From: Sedimenticola sp.
GTDB lineage: Bacteria > Pseudomonadota > Gammaproteobacteria > Chromatiales > Chromatiaceae
Assembly: GCA_026992075.1 (NCBI GenBank)
Contig: JALXAM010000028.1
Coordinates: 28,289 to 92,288 of the forward strand
Direction of reading: 5' to 3'
DNA length: 64,000 bases
Part shown: one piece after another, positions 56,822 through 64,000 of the stretch
Layout: the number at the start of each line of letters is the position of its first letter
Position numbering within the stretch: position 1 is the stretch's first letter
Translations under genes and position numbers: made by a program
The notes under the pieces: generated by a model
The model's database searches: none
Told to the model about the DNA's origin: nothing
What the model saw: the letters and a program-made list of their open reading frames with translations, nothing else

Positions 56822-57580
56822 GTGAACACCTCTGCCACAACCGCCCTGCAGCTCTCCGTCGTGGTGCCGGTGCACAACGAGGAGGAGAATATCGTGCCGC
56901 TGGTGGAGGAGATCCGGACCGCCCTGGCCGGACGCGCCTACGAGATCCTCTATGTGGACGACGGCAGCACCGACCGTTCCCTGGAGCTGCTGCTGGAACT
57001 GGCGGAGCGCTATCCGGAATTGAGAGTGCTCGCCCACGAACAAAGTTGCGGGCAGAGCACCGCCATCCGTACCGGCGTCAAGGCGGCGCGTGCCGAGTGG
57101 ATCGCCACCCTGGACGGGGACGGGCAGAACGATCCCGCCGACATTCCCCTGTTGCTGGAGCTGGTGGAGGATCCCCACCGCGATCCCCGCCTGAAGCTGA
57201 TCAACGGTCACCGCCACCGGCGCCGTGACACCTGGGTGAAACGGATGTCGTCGAAAGTGGCCAACTTCGTGCGCCGCTCGCTGCTCCACGACGACACCCC
57301 CGACAGCGGTTGCGGACTCAAGCTCTTTTCCCGGGAGGCCTGGCTGGACCTGCCCTTCTTCGATCACATCCACCGCTTCACCCCCGCCCTGTTCCTGGCC
57401 AATGGCCACCAGGTCCGCTCGGTGAAGGTGAATCACCGTCCCCGCACCCGGGGAAAATCCAAGTACGGCATCCACAACCGCCTCTGGGTGGGTATCGTGG
57501 ACCTGTTCGGCGTTCTCTGGCTGTTGCGCCGTACCACCCGGCCCCGTCTGAAATCCTTGCCCAACCACCAGAACCCGTGA
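56822..57580 (+). CDS. GT2 polyprenyl-phosphate glycosyltransferase (ArnC/DPM1-like)
   Basis: SVVVPVHNEEENI, VDDGSTD, LDGDGQNDP, DSGCGLKLF, HRPRTRGKSKYG. Confidence 0.88.
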   Translation: MNTSATTALQLSVVVPVHNEEENIVPLVEEIRTALAGRAYEILYVDDGSTDRSLELLLELAERYPELRVLAHEQSCGQSTAIRTGVKAARAEWIATLDGDGQNDPADIPLLLELVEDPHRDPRLKLINGHRHRRRDTWVKRMSSKVANFVRRSLLHDDTPDSGCGLKLFSREAWLDLPFFDHIHRFTPALFLANGHQVRSVKVNHRPRTRGKSKYGIHNRLWVGIVDLFGVLWLLRRTTRPRLKSLPNHQNP

Positions 57581-58302
57581 AACGACCGCTTCTTCCCGCC
57601 CGCCACCGGGCGCTGATCAAGGGGCTTCTTTTTCTGCTCTCCCTGGTGGGCATCGGCTACCTGCTGCAAGGGCTTCGCGGAGAACATCTCATGGACCAGG
57701 CCTGGATCGACCGGGAGGTGATGGGGCGGGGCTTCCGCGGGGAGCTGCTGTTCCTCTCCATGGGCGGGCTGTTCACCGCCATCGGCCTGCCGCGCCAGCT
57801 GGTCTCCTTCCTCGGCGGTTACGCCTTTGGCCTGCTGCCGGGCACCCTGTTGGCCCTTGGCGCCACTCTCCTGGGATGTCTGCTCTCCTATCTCTATGCC
57901 TTCTGGTTCGGCCACGAACTGCTGGCCCCCCGGCTGGGCGGACGGGCGCGGCGTTTTCATGAACTGGTGCTGGCACATCCCTTTTCCCTCACCCTGCTGA
58001 TCCGCCTGCTGCCGGCCGGCAGCAACCTGGTCACCAATCTGCTGGCAGGGCTGGCCCGAGCGCCCCTGGGCTGGTTCCTGCTGGGATCGGGCCTGGGCTA
58101 CATTCCCCAGACCTTGGTGTTCGCCCTGGCCGGCAGCGGTGTGAGCCTGGATGCCGGACTGCACCTGGCACTGGCGGTGGTGCTGTTCCTGCTCTCCGGG
58201 CTGCTGGGGGTCTACCTCTACCGAAACTTCCGTCAGCGCCGGCAGTTGGACCAGGTGCTGCAGCAGGGAACCGGAACCGCCAACGGGGACCCGACACTAT
58301 GA
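57577..58302 (+). CDS. DedA/TVP38 (VTT) family membrane protein
   Basis: GLPRQLVSFLGGYAFG, LLIRLLPAG, FLLGSGLGYIP; 4-nt overlaps both sides. Confidence 0.82.
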   Translation: MKRPLLPARHRALIKGLLFLLSLVGIGYLLQGLRGEHLMDQAWIDREVMGRGFRGELLFLSMGGLFTAIGLPRQLVSFLGGYAFGLLPGTLLALGATLLGCLLSYLYAFWFGHELLAPRLGGRARRFHELVLAHPFSLTLLIRLLPAGSNLVTNLLAGLARAPLGWFLLGSGLGYIPQTLVFALAGSGVSLDAGLHLALAVVLFLLSGLLGVYLYRNFRQRRQLDQVLQQGTGTANGDPTL

Positions 58303-59891
58303 GAAACTCGACCGGAGCACACACAGCCTGGCAACTTACGCTGTTGTGGGCCCTGCTGATGGCGGTCTCTCTGGCCACTCGCTCCTATATGCCCATCGAC
58401 GAGACCCGGTATGTCACCGTGGCCTGGGAGATGTGGCTGAGAGGCGATTTCCTGGTTCCTCATCTCAACGGCGCCACCTACTCTCACAAGCCACCGCTGC
58501 TGTTCTGGATCTATCAGTTCGGCTGGTGGTTGTTTGGTGTCAATGACTGGTGGCCTCGTCTGGTAGCACCCCTGTTCGGGCTGAGCAGTGTCGGCCTGAC
58601 CTTTCTGCTGGCTCGCCGGCTCTGGCCAGAAAACTCCAAGGTGCCACAGCTTGCCAGCTGGTTACTTTTCGGCAGCGTCCTCTGGACCGCCTACACCACC
58701 GCCGCCATGTTCGACATGCTGGTCACCTTTTTTGCTCTGCTCGGGCTGTATGGCCTTTGGTCGGCGGGAGAGGGGAAGCGCAGCGGGTGGCTCTGGTTCG
58801 GCCTCGCCATTGGCCTGGGAATATTGGCCAAGGGGCCGGTGATTCTGTTGCACACTTTGCCCGCGGCACTATTGGGCCCTTGGTGGTCGGACGAAGCCCG
58901 TCACCATGGAAAAAGTTGGTACCTGCATCTGCTCGGTGCCTTTCTCTTCGGTGTGGGGATTGCGCTTTCCTGGGCGATACCCGCGGCACTCCATGGCGGA
59001 AAGGATTATGCCGATGCCATTTTCTGGGGTCAGACTGCCAACCGCATGGTCAAGTCCTTCGCCCACAGGCGCGCTTTCTGGTGGTATCTGCCGTTGCTGC
59101 CGCTCATTTTCTATCCCTGGTTCTGGTGGCCCCCGGTATGGAAAGGGCTTCGCAGGTTTCTGATGGAAAAACGGCAGGCCTCGGAGCGTTTCTGTCTGGC
59201 CTGGCTGCTGCCCGGTTTTCTTTTCCTCACGCTCATCAGCGGCAAACAGGCCCACTATCTGTTGCCTCTGTTTCCCGCGGTGGCACTGCTGGCGGCAAAA
59301 GGCCTCGATGGACTTTCCCTGAACAGTTTCTCTTTCCGACTGCCCGCTCTCTTGTTGGCACTGACCGCTTTGATTCTGCTTTCATTGCCCTGGTGGTCAA
59401 AACTGCCAGAATGGAAACAGAGTATCGATCTTCATTGGGGGGCTCTGTTGCTCCTGGCCGGCCTGCTGCTCGCATGGTTGCGAGTCCCCAGACTCTTCGA
59501 TGCGGTGCGGATACTCGCGCTTGCGAGCGTGATGCTGGTGATCTCCGGTCATCTGTACTTCGCGGGTCCGTTGAGACAAGCCTACGATGTGACCAGGGTA
59601 GCCAAAAAAATCGGAGAACTTCAGACACTGGAAGTGCCTCTCACACATGAAAGCAAGTATGCTGGCCAATATCACTTTCTTGGCAGGCTGAAACGGCCAC
59701 TTCAGTGGACACCGGATACCAGGCTCCGCTCCTGGGCGAAACGTCATCCCGATGGCTACCTCATTCTCTATCTCTCACCTCAGGACAAAATCCGGTTCGA
59801 GAAAGACAGCCTGGTGATCCAACCCTACCGCGGGAAATATGTCGCCATCGTTCCAGCCCGGGTTTATCTGGAAAAAACGGCCGACCGGTAG
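58299..59891 (+). CDS. ArnT/PMT (GT83/GT39-like) membrane glycosyltransferase
   Basis: DETRY..VAWEM, HKPPLLFW, RLVAPL, AMFDM, KGPV, GKQAHYLLP. Confidence 0.85.
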   Translation: MRNSTGAHTAWQLTLLWALLMAVSLATRSYMPIDETRYVTVAWEMWLRGDFLVPHLNGATYSHKPPLLFWIYQFGWWLFGVNDWWPRLVAPLFGLSSVGLTFLLARRLWPENSKVPQLASWLLFGSVLWTAYTTAAMFDMLVTFFALLGLYGLWSAGEGKRSGWLWFGLAIGLGILAKGPVILLHTLPAALLGPWWSDEARHHGKSWYLHLLGAFLFGVGIALSWAIPAALHGGKDYADAIFWGQTANRMVKSFAHRRAFWWYLPLLPLIFYPWFWWPPVWKGLRRFLMEKRQASERFCLAWLLPGFLFLTLISGKQAHYLLPLFPAVALLAAKGLDGLSLNSFSFRLPALLLALTALILLSLPWWSKLPEWKQSIDLHWGALLLLAGLLLAWLRVPRLFDAVRILALASVMLVISGHLYFAGPLRQAYDVTRVAKKIGELQTLEVPLTHESKYAGQYHFLGRLKRPLQWTPDTRLRSWAKRHPDGYLILYLSPQDKIRFEKDSLVIQPYRGKYVAIVPARVYLEKTADR

Positions 59892-59985
59892 CATGAAAGG
59901 CGCAGCCCTCGAATTAGCCGCCACATGAATCGGATATAATGAAAAGCTTTTCCGCATTCATCAATGCATACACGGTAATCCCGCG

Positions 59986-60903
59986 ATGAGCACATCGGCT
60001 GACCTTTCCACCTTCCAGGGGCTGATCCTGGCCCTGCAGCAGTACTGGGCCGACCAGGGCTGCGTGATACTGCAACCCTACGACATGGAGATGGGCGCCG
60101 GCACCTTCCACACCGCCACCTTCCTGCGCGCCATCGGTCCCGAGCCGTGGAACGCCGCCTACGTGCAGCCATCGCGCCGCCCCACCGACGGCCGCTACGG
60201 CGAGAACCCCAACCGGCTGCAGCACTACTACCAGTTCCAGGTGGTCCTCAAGCCCTCGCCCATGAACATCCAGGAGCTCTATCTGGGCTCCCTGGAGATG
60301 CTGGGGCTCGACCTCAAGGTGCACGACGTCCGCTTCGTGGAGGACAACTGGGAGTCCCCCACCCTGGGCGCCTGGGGGCTGGGCTGGGAGGTGTGGCTGA
60401 ACGGCATGGAGGTGACCCAGTTCACCTACTTCCAGCAGGTGGGCGGCCTCGACTGCCGCCCGGTCACCGGCGAGATCACCTACGGCCTGGAGCGCATCGC
60501 CATGTACCTGCAGGGGGTGGAGAGCGTCTTCGACCTGGTCTGGACCCGCGGCCCCCAGGGGATCGTCACCTACGGCGACGTCTTCCACCAGAACGAGGTG
60601 GAGCAGTCGGCCTACAACTTCGAGCACGCCGACGTCGATTTCCTGTTCCGCCTCTTCGACCAGGCGGAGGCCGACAGCAACCGGCTCATCGAGGCCGGCC
60701 TGCCGCTGCCCGCCTACGAACGGGTGCTGGAGGCCTCCCACGCCTTCAACCTGCTCGATGCCCGGCACGCCATCTCGGTCACCGAGCGCCAGCGCTACAT
60801 CCTGCGGGTGCGCAGCCTGGCGCGGGCGGTGGCCCAGGCCTACTACGAGGCGCGTGAACGGCTCGGCTTTCCCATGCTGCGGAAAGAGGAGGCAGCGGCA
60901 TGA
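59986..60903 (+). CDS. glyQ: Glycine-tRNA ligase alpha subunit
   Basis: [48 protein letters not shown]. Confidence 0.98.
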   Translation: MSTSADLSTFQGLILALQQYWADQGCVILQPYDMEMGAGTFHTATFLRAIGPEPWNAAYVQPSRRPTDGRYGENPNRLQHYYQFQVVLKPSPMNIQELYLGSLEMLGLDLKVHDVRFVEDNWESPTLGAWGLGWEVWLNGMEVTQFTYFQQVGGLDCRPVTGEITYGLERIAMYLQGVESVFDLVWTRGPQGIVTYGDVFHQNEVEQSAYNFEHADVDFLFRLFDQAEADSNRLIEAGLPLPAYERVLEASHAFNLLDARHAISVTERQRYILRVRSLARAVAQAYYEARERLGFPMLRKEEAAA

Positions 60904-62981
60904 ACCAGGCGGCCGATCTCATCTTCGAGCTGGGCACCGAGGAGCTGCCCCCCACCGCGCTGAAGCGCCTCTCCGAATCGCTGCGTGACGAATTCGTTGC
61001 CGGGCTGGAACAGGCCGGACTGGCTCACGGCGAGGTCACCCCCTACGCCAGCCCGCGCCGCCTGGCTCTCCTGGTAAGAGAGTGCTCACTCACCCAGCCC
61101 GACCGCAAGATCACCCGACGGGGGCCGGCACTCCAGGCCGCCTTCGACGCCGACGGCAACCCCACCAAGGCGGCGGAAGGGTTCGCCCGCTCCTGCGGTA
61201 CCACGGTGGAGTCCCTGGGCCGGCTGGAGAACGACAAGGGCGCCTGGCTGGTGTTCGAGACGGTGGAGCAGGGCAAGCCGGCCGCCGAGCTGCTGCCGGC
61301 CATCGCGCAAAACGCCCTGGACCGCCTGCCTATCCCCAAGCGGATGCGCTGGGGCAGCTCCGAGGCCCAGTTCGTGCGCCCGGTCCACTGGCTGCTCTTC
61401 CTCCACGGCGACCAGGTGGTGCCCTGCACCCTGCTGGACGCCGCCGCCGGCGACACCACCCGCGGCCACCGCTTCCACCATCCGCAACCCATCGTGGTGG
61501 AGGAGCCGGCCGACTATGTCCGCCTGCTCGAAGAAAAAGGGAAAGTAATCGCTCACTTCGATACCCGCCTGGCGCGCATTCGCGAGCAGGTGGAGAAGGC
61601 GGCCGAGGCCCTGGGCGGCCGCGCCGACCTGGATCCGGCCCTGCTGGAGGAGGTCACCGCCCTCAACGAGTGGCCGGTGGCCATCACCGGCAGCTTCGAG
61701 GCGCGTTTCCTGGCGGTGCCCCAGGAGGCCCTCATCCTCACCATGAAGAAGAACCAGAAATACTTCCCGTTGCTGGACGCCGATGGCCGGCTGATGAGCC
61801 ACTTCATCACCATCGCCAATATCGACAGCCCCCGGCCGGAAGTGATTGCCGAGGGCAACGAGCGGGTGATCCGGCCACGTCTGGCCGACGCCATGTTCTT
61901 CTGGGAACAGGATGGCAAGCGCCGGCTGGAGGACCACCTGGAGTCCCTCAAGGCGGTGGTCTTCCAGCAACAACTCGGGAGCCTCTATGACAAGTCGGCG
62001 CGGGTGGCGGGCCTGGCGGCCTGGATCGCCGACCGAACCGGGGCGGACGCCGAACTGGCCAGCCGCGCCGGGCTGCTCGGTCGTTGCGACCTGATGACCG
62101 AGATGGTGGGCGAGTTTCCGGAGATGCAGGGCACCATGGGACGCTACCAGGCCCTGCGCGACGGCGAGCCGGAGGAGCTGGCCGAGGCGCTGGAGGAGCT
62201 CTACCTGCCACGTTTCTCCGGCGACCGACTGCCACGCACCGCCACCGGCGTCGCCGTCTCCCTCGCGGACAAGGCCGACACCCTGGTGGGCATCTTCGGC
62301 ATCGGCCTCAAGCCCACCGGCGACAAGGATCCCTTCGCCCTGCGGCGCGCCGGGTTGGGCCTGCTCAGAATCCTGAGTGAGCGCTCACTTACCATCGACC
62401 TGCTGGAACTGCTCGAACACGCCGCCAGCCAGCTCCAGGGCTGGCTGGAACGGCCGGCACCAGAGGTGGTCGCGGAGGTGAACGCCTTCCTCATGGAACG
62501 GCTCAAGGGGATGCTCACCGAGCAAGGGGTGGAGCCGCAGCGCTTCGAAGCGGTGCTCGCCGTGGCGCCCCACACCCTGCCCGATTTCCTCGCCCGGGTG
62601 GAGGCGGTGGGGCGCTTCCTGGAGATGCCGGAAGCCGACTCCCTGGCCGCCGCCAACAAGCGTATCCGCAACATCCTGCGCAAGGCTGAAGAGGAGATCC
62701 CCGGGCAAGTGGATGCAACGCTGCTGCAGGAACCGGCGGAACAGGCCCTCCATCAGGCCCTCACCACCAAGGCCGAGGCGGTGAAGCCGCTGCTGGAAAA
62801 GGGGGACTACGTGACCGCCCTGGAAGAACTGGCCGGCCTGCGTGAAACGGTGGACCGCTTCTTCGACGAGGTGATGGTGATGGACGAGAACCCCGCCCTG
62901 CGCCGCAACCGGCTGGCGCTGCTCCAACAGCTCTACACCCTGTTCCGGCAGGTGGCCGATATTTCGCGTTTGCAGCAGTAG
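60900..62981 (+). CDS. glyS: Glycine-tRNA ligase beta subunit
   Basis: [49 protein letters not shown] tail. Confidence 0.97.
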   Translation: MNQAADLIFELGTEELPPTALKRLSESLRDEFVAGLEQAGLAHGEVTPYASPRRLALLVRECSLTQPDRKITRRGPALQAAFDADGNPTKAAEGFARSCGTTVESLGRLENDKGAWLVFETVEQGKPAAELLPAIAQNALDRLPIPKRMRWGSSEAQFVRPVHWLLFLHGDQVVPCTLLDAAAGDTTRGHRFHHPQPIVVEEPADYVRLLEEKGKVIAHFDTRLARIREQVEKAAEALGGRADLDPALLEEVTALNEWPVAITGSFEARFLAVPQEALILTMKKNQKYFPLLDADGRLMSHFITIANIDSPRPEVIAEGNERVIRPRLADAMFFWEQDGKRRLEDHLESLKAVVFQQQLGSLYDKSARVAGLAAWIADRTGADAELASRAGLLGRCDLMTEMVGEFPEMQGTMGRYQALRDGEPEELAEALEELYLPRFSGDRLPRTATGVAVSLADKADTLVGIFGIGLKPTGDKDPFALRRAGLGLLRILSERSLTIDLLELLEHAASQLQGWLERPAPEVVAEVNAFLMERLKGMLTEQGVEPQRFEAVLAVAPHTLPDFLARVEAVGRFLEMPEADSLAAANKRIRNILRKAEEEIPGQVDATLLQEPAEQALHQALTTKAEAVKPLLEKGDYVTALEELAGLRETVDRFFDEVMVMDENPALRRNRLALLQQLYTLFRQVADISRLQQ

Positions 62982-62988
62982 GGAAATA

Positions 62989-63014
62989 ACCACAGAGGCA
63001 CAGAGGACACAGAG
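62989..63014 (+). repeat. Family D repeat
   Basis: ACCACAGAGGCACAGAGGACACAGAG (three CACAGAG units). Confidence 0.6.
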
Positions 63015-63041
63015 AAGCTGTGCTTGCTGGATTGAACCCTC

Positions 63042-63124
63042 GTAGGTTGGGCAAGGCGAAGCGTGCCCAACAAACCGGCAAAGGGAGCGTTGGGCACGGC
63101 GCTGCGCGCCTTTGCCCAACCTAC
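63042..63124. repeat. REP-like palindromic pair, family C, second copy
   Basis: GTAGGTTGGGCAAGGCGAAGCGTGCCCAAC...GTTGGGCACGGC...CCTTTGCCCAACCTAC. Confidence 0.8.
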
Positions 63125-63166
63125 CCTGTCTGGCCACTGATGACTGACCGCTGACAACTTTTACTC

Positions 63167-63523
63167 ATGTCCGATCAATACGATTCTTCTCGACGTGATT
63201 CCTGGCGTGCGATGATGGCCGCGGTGCAGGCCTTTCACGACAAGCACGATTTCAAGAACACCGGCGGCGAAGAACTCACCTACCGCGTGGCCCTGATGGC
63301 CGAGGAGCTGGGGGAAATCTCTTCCTGCGTGACCAAGGGGAAAAGTAAGGACTCACTTGCGGAAGAGGTGGCCGACCTGCTCATCCTGCTCATGGGTACC
63401 GGCATCGCCGCCGATTTCGATCTCAACGCGGCCTTCTGGAAGAAGATGGAAAAACTGATGCAGCGCGACGCCCGCATGGTCGACGGCCGCATCCGGGTCT
63501 CCGAGTTCCGGGACATGGAATGA
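63167..63523 (+). CDS. MazG-like nucleoside triphosphate pyrophosphohydrolase
   Basis: LMAEELGE and EEVADLL acidic metal-binding motifs in a 118-aa all-alpha protein. Confidence 0.8.
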   Translation: MSDQYDSSRRDSWRAMMAAVQAFHDKHDFKNTGGEELTYRVALMAEELGEISSCVTKGKSKDSLAEEVADLLILLMGTGIAADFDLNAAFWKKMEKLMQRDARMVDGRIRVSEFRDME

Positions 63524-64000
63524 GCCATCGGTACATAATCCTCGACCGGGACGGGGTGATCAACCAGGACTCGGATCAGTACATCAAGAGCCCGGAGGAA
63601 TGGATTCCCCTGCCCGGAAGCCTGGAGGCCATCGCCCGCCTCAACCAGGCTGGCTTCTCGGTGGCGGTGGCCACCAACCAGTCGGGTATTGCGCGGGGAC
63701 TGTTCGACGAACTGGCGTTGAACGCCATGCACCAGAAGCTGCATCACGAACTGTCCCGCTTTGGAGCCCACCTGGACCTCATCGCCTACTGTCCCCACGG
63801 ACCCGACGACGGCTGTGGCTGCCGCAAGCCGGAACCTGGCCTCTATCGCCAGATCGCGGCGCGCTGGGGTATTTCCCTGGAGGATGTGCCCATCGTGGGC
63901 GACAGCCTCCGGGACCTGCAGGCAGCCCTGGCCGTGGGCGCCAGCCCCATCCTGGTGCGCACCGGGAAGGGCCGGGAAACCGAAAAGGGGCTGGACCAGT
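63520..64000 (+). CDS. gmhB: D,D-heptose 1,7-bisphosphate phosphatase (3' truncated; missing from ORF track)
   Basis: Manual translation: MSHRYIILDRDGVINQD, VATNQSG, CPHGPDDGCGCRKP, VGDSLRDL, LVRTGKG. Confidence 0.93.
   Translation, partial: MSHRYIILDRDGVINQDSDQYIKSPEEWIPLPGSLEAIARLNQAGFSVAVATNQSGIARGLFDELALNAMHQKLHHELSRFGAHLDLIAYCPHGPDDGCGCRKPEPGLYRQIAARWGISLEDVPIVGDSLRDLQAALAVGASPILVRTGKGRETEKGLDQ

Overview
High-GC gammaproteobacterial chromosomal segment, resembling a sulfur-oxidiser or Chromatiales-like genome (inference from gene content only), mostly core genes. From left to right: a Lon C-terminus, a class V aminotransferase, two c4-type cytochromes, a degenerate-GGDEF/EAL protein, two tandem TTAA-flanked MITEs, a CBS/unknown/EF-hand/dsbB operon, thiC and pcm. 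Next comes a ~19 kb LPS locus (waaA, aldo-keto reductase, FAD oxidoreductase, hldE, OM beta-barrel, methyltransferase, msbA, lpxL, rmlDCAB, GT2, carbamoyltransferase, tandem kinase, and a divergent sulfotransferase+GT2). It is followed by mnmG, moxR-DUF58-transglutaminase, two TA pairs, recQ, a sigma54-driven PEP-CTERM gene, mnmE-yidC-rnpA-rpmH with no adjacent dnaA, and an HD-GYP protein. The right end holds groESL with a perfect CIRCE, fxsA, cutA-dsbD-tlpA, aroQ-accBC, a GT2-DedA-ArnT trio, glyQS, a MazG-like gene and gmhB (truncated). I found no tRNA, rRNA, CRISPR array or transposase. The most notable signals: several families of small palindromic repeats whose GTAG ends form the stop codons of four genes; tandem IS5-like MITEs; an rnpA with no canonical start codon; a broken origin-region synteny; and a heavily decorating LPS enzyme set. 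All calls come from motif reading, not database searches.
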